DNA of 63,628 nucleotides, counting the filler, from Welwitschia mirabilis (Eukaryota): assembly GCA_051453625.1 (NCBI GenBank). It is 7 parts of one record of this genome, joined end to end, with 100 filler letters (N's around TTAATTAATTAA, not from the genome) between each part and the next. Parts side by side here need not be neighbours in the genome. Positions count along the whole stretch, not along the records: positions 35,798 to 50,486 come from JBOZIK010000001.1; positions 50,587 to 58,213 come from JBOZIK010000001.1; positions 58,314 to 60,721 come from JBOZIK010000001.1; positions 60,822 to 62,117 come from JBOZIK010000001.1; positions 62,218 to 63,628 come from JBOZIK010000001.1; 2 more parts are not named here. The stretch is one strand, 5' to 3'. Below the pieces are notes generated by a model that saw only the letters and a program-made list of their open reading frames with translations, was not told the origin of the DNA and made no database searches. A program made the translations under genes and the position numbers. Of this stretch, positions 50,352 through 62,982 are shown piece after piece; the first letter of the stretch is position 1; every line of letters starts with the position of its first letter.

Positions 50352-50586
50352 TCTAAGACAAAAGATTAGTCATGGAAATAAATACATAAGTCAAGTTTGA
50401 AAAATGATCAAGTAATGCATAATAATCTTTTAAAGGAAAAAGCTAAGAGAAATTTCAAACAGTTTGCTCATGTAATTCTAAATTTTNNNNNNNNNNNNNN
50501 NNNNNNNNNNNNNNNNNNNNNNNNNNNNNNTTAATTAATTAANNNNNNNNNNNNNNNNNNNNNNNNNNNNNNNNNNNNNNNNNNNN

Positions 50587-53500
50587 AGGGTAACTATGAA
50601 GAGTTTTGGCCTCTTTGAGATAATATGGAAGACAAGCCTATTGTTACTAGGGAGATTTGTGATAAGATGCACTCTTGGAAGCATAATCTTTCTACTTCCT
50701 TTTTGACACTGAAATACCATTTTCTTCACTTGATTTTTATCTATAATTTCTTACTTTTAGCTGCGCATCATGATAAGGTCTACTGTTATAGATCCTATTT
50801 GATGTATTTGATAGGAACTGAGCATNNNNNNNNNNNNNNNNNNNNNNNNNNNNNNNNNNNNNNNNNNNNNNNNNNNNNNNNNNNNNNNNNNNNNNNNNNN
50901 NNNNNNNNNNNNNNNNNNNNNNNNNATAGATCCTATTTGATGTATTTGATAGGAACTGAGCATTCTATTGATGCTTCTACCATCATACTAAAGAATATGG
51001 TCTCACAGCTGGAGTACAATAGGACTAGGATATTATCCTACTATATGCTTATCATAAGTTTATGTTGTTATTTTCATGTTACTTTCCATCCAAAGCTAGA
51101 GGCCCTCTAGTCTATGGCATCCATTGGATGTGTAACCTTATCCCATATGCACATCTTTGTCTTATCTAAGAAATCCTCATAGTCTTCCTCTCCAAAGGAA
51201 GCCTCTCTTAATGAAACAGCTGGTTATGATATTGCTGATACCTTAGCAGAAGTGATAAGCTCAGCATACATAAAAGGTGATAAAGAAGATTCAGAGGAAA
51301 ACTCTAAAGAATAAGAAGAAGAAGAGGAATCTGATTAAAAATTTTAAATTATATTTTTCTTTGTGTTTATATTCTTCCTTTGTTATTAATGTCAAAAGGG
51401 GGAGAATTAATTTTTTATTTTGAATGTTTTTCATATGATTTCAGATGTAGGCTCTTGATGAGCACTTTTAGTTTGTAATGTTTTCTTATATTTAATGAAA
51501 TCTATATACACTTTTTCTACCATGCACTAAATTACTTTAATTGATATCTCAAATCTTTTTGTGCTTCTGCAAATCATATGTACTTAACATATTTCTCCAT
51601 TGTTATCATATGTATCTAACTTAAAAATTTTAAAGTNNNNNNNNNNNNNNNNNNNNNNNNNNNNNNNNNNNNNNNNNNNNNNNNNNNNNNNNNNNNNNNN
51701 NNNNNNNNNNNNNNNNNNNNNNNNNNNNNNNNNNNNACTAAATTTCTTTTAATTGATATCTCAAATCTTTTTATGCTTCTTCAAATCATATGTACTTAAC
51801 ATATTTCTCCATTATTATCATATGTTCCTAACTTAAAAATTTTAAAGTCTTCTAATGTTAAAAATAAACTCTAATATGTAACCATATTATGCTTTTCTGA
51901 TTAAAGTATTAAATGATTTACAAGATCACATTATGCTTTTCAAAAATTTGTGCCCTTAACCTTTCAAATGTGCATATTAAATTTATTTCATTTAAAACAC
52001 AAAATTTAATTGTTTAAAATGTTTTAACTTGTTTCAAATGTATATTATTTTGTAATAGGCATTTTGGAAGGGTGAGATTTCCTAAGTCCAAATGTTTCAC
52101 CACTNNNNNNNNNNNNNNNNNNNNNNNNNNNNNNNNNNNNNNNNNNNNNNNNNNNNNNNNNNNNNNNNNNNNNNNNNNNNNNNNNNNNNNNNNNNNNNNN
52201 NNNNCAAATGTGCATATTAAATTTGTTTCATTTAAAGCATAAAATTTAATTATTTAAAATGTTTTAACTTGTTTCAAAAGTATATTATTTTGTAATAGGC
52301 ATTTTGAAAGGGTGATATTTTATAAGTCCAAATGTTTCACTACTAAATATTGTTTTCTATCAATGTCAAAAGGGGATATTGTTAAATTATGTTTTGCCAA
52401 TTAATGTTAAACTATTGTTTTTCTGTATAGCAAATTCTGTGTATCTTATGCAGAAGATGTTAATTACTTGTAGGTTGAAAGATGAAACTAAAACCATTAA
52501 ATTCTGANNNNNNNNNNNNNNNNNNNNNNNNNNNNNNNNNNNNNNNNNNNNNNNNNNNNNNNNNNNNNNNNNNNNNNNNNNNNNNNNNNNNNNNNNNNNN
52601 NNNNNNNAAACTAAAACCATTAAATTCTGAGCAGTGAAAACCTATCAGTGCTTTTATCCTCTTAAGGGATTGACTGAACTTTTAAAGAGTCGACCACACC
52701 TGAAGTAGATAGACTAAAATGAAGTACATCTAGAGGGGTTAACTAGACTTGTAATATTGAGAGCCAGTGTCCTTGAACTGAACGACAAGGAGTTGACCGG
52801 ATTCTTATGGGGTCAACCAAAATTAAGGACCTAAGAAATAGTACTCCTAAACTGATTATCAAGGGGTTGACCAGACCTATGACAGAGTCAACAGGACNNN
52901 NNNNNNNTATCATGGGGTCGATTGGAGACCTAAAGGGGTCGACCAAACCTAATGCTAGAAAATAAAAAGAAGTTTATCAAGATAAGTGGGTGACCGAATT
53001 TTATTGCAAGTGAATGAACCCAAATGAGGTCAACCAGACACGAAGCTGTAAGAAATTAGGGCAACTAAAATTTTCACTTGGGTAACCTTTATAACTCATG
53101 ACACCAAAAGGAGTTGATTGGACTTTTGAGGGACCAACTGGATAGAACAAAAGTAAAATTTTCTAGACATTATGTATCCATTGCATAGCCCTAGCCAGTT
53201 ATAGCTGTTGGAATTGCATTTTAAATGTAATAAATCTTAAAAGCTTTCCAATATAAATATCCAAGAGATAGATGACTATAAAATCCTTTTTGGAACCAAT
53301 GTTGATAGTATTAATCTGTTGAATCTAAGAAACGAGTACTATAATATTTTGATATTCATTGTTGTATTTTGAAGTCTGTACTTCTGACCAAGAAAGATCT
53401 ACATCTGTATCATCTTTACATTCAAGGTTGGATCTTGTGCTTTATCCGTTTTACATCTATAGAAGAAGAGCTCCATCATATACATTGCCTCAAGAATGAG

Positions 53501-54712
53501 TAATATCCATACATATTTAAAATCATTACATCACTACTTTATTTTATGAAAGGTTGAGCCTAAGTCTTGAAAAGTCTGTTTTAAGGTTAAGACCAAGCAT
53601 TAACAATTCTGCTCAAAGGTTGAAACTAAGCATTAAAAAATCCATTTAAAGATTGAGAGTAAGCTTAAANNNNNNNNNNNNNNNNNNNNNNNNNNNNNNN
53701 NNNNNNNNNNNNNNNNNNNNNNNNNNNNNNNNNNNNNNNNNNNNNNNNNNNNNNNNNNNNNNNNNNNNNGATATTTTCAGGTCAGTTATAGATATTTGAA
53801 GTTCATTTGAAATGTAATAAATCTTAAAAGCTTTTCAATATAAATAGCCAAGAGATAGATGACTATAGAATCCTTTTTGGAACCAATGTCAACAGTATTA
53901 ATCTATTGAATCTAAGAAATCAGTACTATAATATTTTGATATTCATTATTATATTTTGACATTTATACTTCTGACCAAGGAAGATCTACCATCTGTATCA
54001 TCTCTACATTCAAGGTCAGATCTTGTGCTTCATGCGTTTTACATCTATATAAGAAGAGCTCCATCATATCCATTACCTCAAGAATGAGTAATATCCATAC
54101 ATATTTAGCATTATTACATTACTACTTTATTTTGTGAAAGGCTAAGACTAAGTCTTGAAAAGTCTATTTAAAGTTTAAGACTAAACATTAAAAATTCTGC
54201 TCAAAGGTTGAAACTAAGCATTAAAAAGTCCATTCAAAGATTGAGAGTAAGCATAAAAACATCAATTTATAAAGGTTATAGGTGAACCTAGAATACCTTT
54301 TGNNNNNNNNNNNNNNNNNNNNNNNNNNNNNNNNNNNNNNNNNNNNNNNNNNNNNNNNNNNNNNNNNNNNNNNNNNNNNNNNNNNNNNNNNNNNNNNNNN
54401 NNAAAGGTTATAGGTGAACCTAGAATACCTTTTGAGTAACAATGATCTAGATCTAGCTTGGGGATAAGATGATTATTAAGAGTGAAGTAAGGGGTTTCCT
54501 AAGCCTCTATAAATATTGCATGCTTCTCTTTGGTACTTTTATGCTTTCAGTTATTATTTATTTACTTCTATTATTTTTCCTTTTCATGCATGTTCTGGAT
54601 TAGTTGATTATTATGTGCAAGGTTTTATTCAAATATTGAATTCATTGAGAATATTATATTGTAGTTTTGAAAGAACTTATTCATCCCTCCTCTAGGGTTC
54701 TTGATCTTGTTA
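50587..54712 (+). mobile_element. 3' part of a Sirevirus related to element B: env-like ORF, PPTs, 3' LTR 52380-54712 (inflated by gap duplications)
   Basis: PPTs AAAAGGGGGAGAA (~51394) and AAAAGGGGATAT (~52368-52379). The LTR start TGTTAAATTATG resembles element B's TGTTAAGTTATA. GGTCGACC-like repeats at 52660-53150 and a U5 signal TATTCATCCCTCCTCTAGGG at ~54678. Confidence 0.85.
50625..51338 (+). pseudogene. Sirevirus extra (env-like) ORF fragment
   Basis: LKYHFLHLIFIYNFLLLAAHHDKV..RSYLMYLIGTEHSIDASTIILK..ILSYYMLI is clearly homologous to the 21140-22190 product; acidic tail before the PPT. Confidence 0.7.
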
Positions 54713-57700
54713 GTTAATCCCTCATAAAGTAAGTGATTAACTATACTTGCAACCCAAATTACTAAGATAAATAATAACAAAGAAAATGTAAACTAAATTT
54801 AGAAATTTATATCATAAAGAATCCAATATCAACAATTGGTGAATTTACGTATTACCTCTGCAAGATTTGTAATAATGCTATCATCCTAACTATTGTCTAG
54901 ATGATTATATGGCCAACATGATTAACAAATTAGAACGAAATTAAGTATCTATGAACATGATCATCAAAAAAATTACCATACTGGAATCTTTATTAGCCCC
55001 TCACTTAAAACATTTATTACATCAAAAGATAAAAATTAAATGTTATACATAAAAATCATCATAAAATATAACCATGAAAGCTCAAATAAATGATAATGTA
55101 TATGCATAATTAAAGTAGTAATAACTCAAAATGAAGTGTATAAATCAATCAATGAGTTTAAAGGATAATATATAAGGAGAAAACACAAAAAATAATCATA
55201 ATGCTACTCCCCTTGTCCATAGGCTTCTAAATCTTCTAGATCACACCTATGATAATATTCCATAACTATGATGTTGTGGCCTACTAAATAATGTCCATAA
55301 TGCAAATTATACAAGTAATATGAAATCTANNNNNNNNNNNNNNNNNNNNNNNNNNNNNNNNNNNNNNNNNNNNNNNNNNNNNNNNNNNNNNNNNNNNNNN
55401 NNNNNNNNNNNNNNNNNNNNNNNNNNNNNACTTTTATGCTTATTTATTATTTCTTTACTTCTATTATTTTCCTTTTTCATGCACATTTTGGATGAGTTGA
55501 TTATTGTGTGCAAGTTTTTATTCAAATGTTGAATTCATTGAGAATATTGTATTGTATTTTTTAAAGAACTTATTTATCCCTCCTCTAGGGTTCTTGATCC
55601 TATCAGTTAGTCCCTTACAAAGTAAGTGATTAACTATACTTACAACCCAAATTTACTGAGATAAATAATAACTAAGAAAATGTAAACTAAATTTAGAAAT
55701 TAATATCATAAAGGATCCAATATCAACAATTGGTGAATTTACGTATTACCTCTGCAAGATTTGTAATAATGCTATCATCCTAACTATCATCTAGATGATT
55801 ATATGGCCAACATGCTCAATAAATTAGAACTAAGTTAAGTATCTATAAATCTAATCATCAAAAAAATTACCATACTGAAATCTTTATTATCCCCTCACTT
55901 AAAACGTTTATCATGTTAAAGATAAAAATTAAATGTTATACATAAAAGTTATCATAAAATATAACCATGAAAGCTCAAATAAATGATAATATATATGCAT
56001 AACTAAAGCAGTGATAACTCAAAATGAAGTGTATAAATTAATCAATGAGTTTAAAGAATAATATATAAGAAGAAAATACAAAAAATAATCATAATGCTAC
56101 TCCCCTTGTCCATAGTCTTCTAAATCTCCTAAATCACACCTATAAGAAGATTCCATAACTATGATGTTATGGCCTACTAAATAATGTCCATAATGAAAAT
56201 TATACAAGCAATATGAAATCTACCATTGCATCACATATATGTATTGTGAAAGCTCAAAAATGATCCTTATAATTAAAAATTTTGCTTAATATCTTATAAA
56301 TATATTAGAAAGATGTTCTTTTCCCCACAAGTGAATTATTACATTTCATATTGCAATCGTATAAGAAATATTACTATCAACCACTTCATAGTTCAGACAT
56401 TACATGTGGAATGACACTTAAAAAAGAGGTTTTGGCAAAAAGGATGAAGTTTAGGTAGGGTTGAATAATTAAGGATAGCAATAGTAAATCCTTAAAAAGT
56501 CATTCAAAAGTTAGAAAGATAGATAAAAGTGAATAATCATCCTCAAAAATGATCCTGGAAGAGGAGCCAAATGTAGAAGAGACTCAAAGAGAAAATAATA
56601 GGAAAATGATAATGCACCAAGTAGAAATAAGTTATGTTAAAAAAAAATATTCAAATGTGCCTAAGCTCAGTAAGCATGTAAAAATAACAAACTAAATATC
56701 AAAAACGAATGGAAATAGAAAGTATTATTATCATCTATTTAAAAAAAATGCTAAAATAAGGACAATTATTATGGATAAAAACCTTGAGTGAAATTAAAAA
56801 GATAATAAAAAACTACTAAATGATTAAGTTCTAAATATTGTTATTGCACTACTAGCTTGCATGTATTTGATANNNNNNNNNNNNNNNNNNNNNNNNNNNN
56901 NNNNNNNNNNNNNNNNNNNNNNNNNNNNNNNNNNNNNNNNNNNNNNNNNNNNNNNNNNNNNNNNNNNNNNNNTTATGTTAAAAAAAAAAATATTCAAATG
57001 TGCCTAATCTCAATAAGTATGTAAAAATAACAAGCTAAAAATAAAAAAGGAATGGAAATAAAAAGTATCATTATCATCTATTTAAAAAAAATGCTAAAAG
57101 AAGGATAATTCTTATGGATAAAAACCTTGAGTGAAATTAAAAAGATAACAAAAAACTACTAAATGATTAAGTCCTAAATATTATTGGTGCACTGCTAACT
57201 TGCATGTATTTGATAGGGTATTTTAAGTAGTTTTGTAGGATATTAGGTAGGTCCATGCTAGATTTCTATAATAATGGAGAGCTAAGATAAAAGATACAAA
57301 AAACATGTACTCTTTATAATTTTTTATAGCATTTAGAGAAATTTACAATAGTTCCTATTTTAAAGTAAACTGCTTGCAAATATTAAAGCTGATGCATTAC
57401 ATGGACACTTGTAAAAAGCCTATTATCCATTTCATCATCTGGACTACACTACGACTAATAGAATATGTAAACCAACACAAATGATAACTAGAGTTAATTT
57501 TGTAGGTAACGTTAAATTCTTATGAAATGGCACCATCCCCTATATTGTCTGGATAATAAGTAGGATGACATCTGAAATAATCCTTCATTGAACTTCTCTT
57601 AATTTTTTTCATTTATCTTTGTATCTCTTAAACGGTTGTTGGGGTTGTTCTCATGCCTATTTGGCTTATTTGTTTATGAGTTTGTTTTCATTAATAAGTA

Positions 57701-59698
57701 TCAACTCTGCCCTTGAGTCCTGCTTGTCTTTTCTTGTACTAGAAATTCTCATGATAGAAGATTGAAGGGCTAGAGATCCATCCATTATAGAGGTATGACT
57801 TCTTTATAACATGGATGTTGGTTCAAAATTAATTGAANNNNNNNNNNNNNNNNNNNNNNNNNNNNNNNNNNNNNNNNNNNNNNNNNNNNNNNNNNNNNNA
57901 ATTTTGTAACAACTTCTTTAGTGATATAAATTATGAAGAAAACGTTTATCAAGGTTGATCACTGTTAGTTTAGGTTCATTATATTTTTTTCATTTATTAA
58001 CTTTATATAAGTATGTTTACATTATCATTTTATGAATTGCATTTTATTTCTGCTATTAAGATATGTAAGTGTTTCATCTTAAAAATAATTCTCTCTTTCT
58101 TCTACGCTGTGCTTTAATGGATTACGACATTCAAGATCACTCCTATCTATATTAGTGTGTTGTATTATGTAAATTCTATATTTATTTGTGAATGACAGGA
58201 TCTTATTAGGAGTNNNNNNNNNNNNNNNNNNNNNNNNNNNNNNNNNNNNNNNNNNNNTTAATTAATTAANNNNNNNNNNNNNNNNNNNNNNNNNNNNNNN
58301 NNNNNNNNNNNNNCTATCTTGTTTTATGGTACTTTACATCATTGTCACTAGTTGGCTTTAGAGCTACCCTTCTTCTAAGATCAAAATCATGGGGTGGCTT
58401 ATATTATAAAATAAATGCAGAAAGTATTACAAAATATTATTAAAAACTATAAATAATATAAGAAAAGTATAGAAATTATGATATTATTAATCTAGAAAAG
58501 CACAGATCATTAAAATAAAAATACATGAAGGCTTACTAAAGAACTAGTTACAACTTAACCATGTAGTTCAAAATTCATCAGAAGAGAAGTTTACGATGAA
58601 TGTGGNNNNNNNNNNCCCTGCCCTGGCGCACGACGTTGTTGGTCACGTCAATAACCCCTCATTGTGGTAATTGAGACGCTGCCGTATACCCAGCTAGATC
58701 TTCTTGGTAGTCGTGCATGCCTAACTCAACATGTTCAAGTGTATGATGTTTGGCTTGTGATGAACTTACTTAAACTAGTCAAGTTATTTATTAAAACCAA
58801 ACTACTATGTACATATAATACATCAAGGAGGAATAGGGAAAGAAATTAAACATTATTAAAATTAATCNNNNNNNNNNNNNNNNNNNNNNNNNNNNNNNNN
58901 NNNNNNNNNNNNNNNNNNNNNNNNNNNNNNNNNNNNNNNNNNNNNNNNNNNNNNNNNNNNNNNNNNNNNNNNNNNNNNNNNNNNNNNNNNNNNNNNNNNN
59001 NNNNNNNNNNNNNNNNNNNNNNNNNNNNNNNNNNNNNNNNNTAACAAATGTGTTCTTCTTTTTAGGTAACACTATAAAATGAGAGAAAGTGATGTTGATA
59101 CCTTTATAGACAATCTAGAGTTCCCTTACTTCACCTCTTTGACTTGTTTATTGCTAGAACTTATGTGCCAAAAAGATCCGCACCTTTTGTGGTAATCACA
59201 TTTTTATACCCTAGTTAGCTTTTTAGTTTTTTTTTTCCTTTGCTTCCGGAATAGACAAGTGGTTGAGGTTATTATACTAATTTCTTTATTAACCTTCTCT
59301 CTCATCTTAATGCCACTTAACATCCTATATCTAAAATATAATAAGGAAATATATATATTAATATACTAACCTATTAACCAATAAACTATTTATTAGTAGG
59401 CACAAAGATAATTAAAAACATCTATTCGCTAATGAAATATATAATTAACATAAATAAAAATATTTCATTAATAAGAAAATTATTATATAATTCTTAGCTT
59501 TATCAGTTACTTAATAAATAAAGTATTTACAAGAGATAAACAAAATGGAAAATCTTATTATTTTCATTTTTTTTTTTGAAAATAAATAACTGCTTCTCAC
59601 TGGATTTTGAATCTTTATTTGGTTTAATTGACTAGATAGATTGTTTTTATTTTTCCAAAGCCTCTAAAATCTTTCTTTGCTTTTTCTGAAGAGTAGTA

Positions 59699-61460
59699 TT
59701 ATTTAAATACATGACTTTTGTTTCTACTTACATTGGAGCTACTTTTCTCCTCTGGCCTCTGTCTTATGGAGGAGGTCTTGGCTTGGGTGATTCTCTTCTC
59801 TCTCTTGGAAGTTAAAAGAGCTTTTGTCTTAGGACTTTGGGGAGTGTATTCTATTTTCAAAGTTTCCATAATTGGTGGTTCCAATCTTGAGGTTTGCCCC
59901 AAAGGAACTATATATGTCTCGGATGAGTCTTTATGTTCTAAATTTAAAAAAATATCTATAAATATGCCTCTTAGCATAGGTATATTCTAAACAATTTGAT
60001 CTCTAAAAGAACATAGCTGCTAAAAATCCTAAGAGAACACTACAAACACTTTAATATCTAATTTACATTCTTCCAAAATTTTGCGAATTTTTTTGTTGTT
60101 TTATCCAAAATTATTGAGTTTCCTTTTAGGGAATCCTAGTTCTTTCATGATAAATTTCTTTTCATAACTATTTAATATCCTTTTTAAAATTCTCAAAAGT
60201 GCGCATCAGCTTTGACCAACTTCTAGAAGTTTTTTGAATAACATTTTTTAAATGTTCTTCAAATCTGTTAATGAAAATATATAAATTTTGAGGGTAATAA
60301 TCAAGGTTTCACATCATAGCCAATTTATTATTCTTGAACCCAATTTGCTTACCTAAATTTATTTCCATGAGGAAAAGCTCATGGAGTAACCTCATGTTTT
60401 CCTTCTCTAGATTATGCATAATAAGTTGGATAGACTCAGAGCTTATTAGTTGAAAATCCCTCTTTAACTCTGCTTGAGATTTCTATCAGAGTATCAATAG
60501 TACTTGACTTTATTTTATCCTCCATCTTACAAGATATAGTTAAAAAAGTTAAACGGATTTCCTGAAGTTAGATATTGATCTCTATATTTCCTCCTTTATT
60601 TCTAAAGAAAATTATTTTATTGAGGAATCAAGTGGAGGATGATTAGAAGAGCTTGCTTCTTCCATCTGATTCTTGAGAGCCTTATTCTCTTCTATTAATT
60701 AATCCATGGCTCTCTTATTTGNNNNNNNNNNNNNNNNNNNNNNNNNNNNNNNNNNNNNNNNNNNNTTAATTAATTAANNNNNNNNNNNNNNNNNNNNNNN
60801 NNNNNNNNNNNNNNNNNNNNNAGGATAGAATTTTATTTTTAATCAAAATTTGGGTAATCAGCGAAGGAAATCCAAGTCCTATAATACCCAAAGCTTCAAT
60901 TCTAACTTTATTCAATTTGGTAATATGTATTACCATCCTCAAAAAAATTTCTTCTACAATATTTACATTATTGGAATTTGTCTTGTCCTTCATAGCTGCA
61001 ATCATATAAAGATAAGGTAATGTGATACTCTTTTGTTTATAAAGAATGGATACTAAATTACTGGCCATCATCTTAGAAATAATAAAGAATTTTGGCTCTA
61101 TGTCCTTGTGGACTGATATCTATTCCTGAATTGCCATTCATCCCAATAGATTCATACTTAAATTTGAGTCTTCTTTTCTATTGGTATCACTATGGATTTC
61201 CCTCTCAGTGCTAGGTGCAAAATTTCTCTAATATCCTACAAAGTGAATGTTAGCCACTGGTTTTCCATAAGAGTTTCTAGCATAGTTTTGGTATTGTTTA
61301 TTTTTAAATTCTTGTAAAATTCATATACAGATTCTAAAAAGAATCTGTCATTAACAATAAGCATTCATAACATCCCAGATCAATAATTATTTACTTAAAC
61401 TCTATTAATTATGGGTCTATAAGAACTTAAGTGAAATTTATAGATGAAATAACTTTACAT
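59699..61460 (-). pseudogene. Retrotransposon accessory ORF: Transposase_32-like domain plus coiled-coil tail (split by linker at 60766)
   Basis: ESVYEFYKNL..WLTFTL.DIREILHL (~61210-61335) and GLGFPSLITQIL (~60840-60880), followed by helical E/K-rich broken frames at 59699-60720. Confidence 0.6.
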
Positions 61461-62217
61461 TCTATAAAAAATTTATGACAAAGGAGGGGTTAAGAAAGAG
61501 AATTACAATAGAAGACCTTTAAATAAAATTCTATTTCTAGTAAAATAAAATGTTATTTAGTGCTAAACAAGAAAGTATTACATGTAGTAAAATTATTTAA
61601 CTCTCCTCCTAAGTGAAGTTTAGCAAGCTTCTAAATGCATAAAATAGAAAATAATAATACCTAAAACTTTAGCTCTAAGGTTGTCTGTCATAGTTGAGGG
61701 GATCAAGAATAAGAAAACAACCAATATGACAAAGTAAAAACATAGGATGGAAGTAAAAATTACAACTTTTCACTTGCTTAAAATAGGAAAAAATTGTATT
61801 TACTATTACATTAAATACATTTGATTATGTAGTAAATAAATAATATTATCACAAATAAAATAGATTTAATCAAAAATTTTCATACCTTACTAATGTTGGA
61901 AAAATTTGAATGCCAATTTAATAAGGTAAAAATCAGAAAATTCCACTGAGTCAAAGCTCATAATGTAAATGCTAATATGGTGGCACCGACATGATTGACA
62001 TAACTTGAACTGGACATGACATGAATTTGATAGCATGATAGGGATCATCAAGAATAGAGGGGGATCTTTAAGAATGATATTAAATGTGGTGAAGAAGAAA
62101 TACATAGTTATATTTAANNNNNNNNNNNNNNNNNNNNNNNNNNNNNNNNNNNNNNNNNNNNTTAATTAATTAANNNNNNNNNNNNNNNNNNNNNNNNNNN
62201 NNNNNNNNNNNNNNNNN

Positions 62218-62920
62218 AAAATAAAAGAAGAAATTAGAAGAGTAATGAGTTCAATTCAAAGCATTCATTCCACTTCTTTAACTCTGATTGATAAGATTGA
62301 GAATAAAATAAAGTAAAGTATTATAAATGCCTTGAAGGAATCTCACATGGAGTTGAAGAAGGATATCAAAATAATATGCCTTGAGTATGTCCAACTCATT
62401 ATTCAAAATTTAGAAGAAGAGAATATGAGATTACTACATAAGCTACACTTGATGAATGTAAAGTTGAATAACAGAATTGGGTTTAGGCACAAGGAATTGG
62501 CAGTGCCGCATAACCTTAACTACTACCGATAAAAACTATATTATTTCATTGTTAGATTTAAAGAACATTTAGCAAACATTATCTATAAAACTTCTAGGAT
62601 ATGCTTAAAGTAGAGCAAAATTTTTAACAATTGTAAAAGAGATATCAAATCACTGAGGATTGAAATTGTACAAAAAGGAGATAAAGCTCTATTTAAGAAT
62701 TAAAAATTTTTTGAATGATATAGCAATAAAATTTTATAAGATATTAGAAGAATGTTAGTTATATATGAAAGTTTTTATAGTGTCCTCTTAGGATTTTCGG
62801 CAGTTGTATTCCTTTAGAGATAGAATTGTGAAGAACATGACTATGCTAAGAGGAACTTTTACAAATATCTTTTTTCAAAATTATAAAATAAAGATTTTTT
62901 TATAGATGTATATAGTTCTC
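62218..62920 (+). pseudogene. Inverted, diverged paralogue of the 59930-60600 coiled-coil segment
   Basis: ORF 62332-62532 (QLIIQNLEEENMRLLHKL..IGFR..LA..NLNYY) matches the reverse complement of 60290-60490 (QLIMHNL..ENMRLLHEL..IGFK..LA..NLDYY). Confidence 0.7.
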
Positions 62921-62982
62921 ATAGAACTGTTGTGATGTTCTTTATGCTTCTAATTCCAATATTATAAAGCTTAATTTTAACT

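Noticed and set aside
26369-59072. Long ORFs in the track (e.g. 26369-27247, 43207-44082, 47211-47720, 48758-49612)
   Set aside because: They are almost entirely X residues from N gaps.
25894-62173. Recurring palindrome TTAATTAATTAA (six copies) as a biological repeat or CRISPR-like element
   Set aside because: Always centred in N44..N44; it is a six-frame-stop contig spacer added during assembly.
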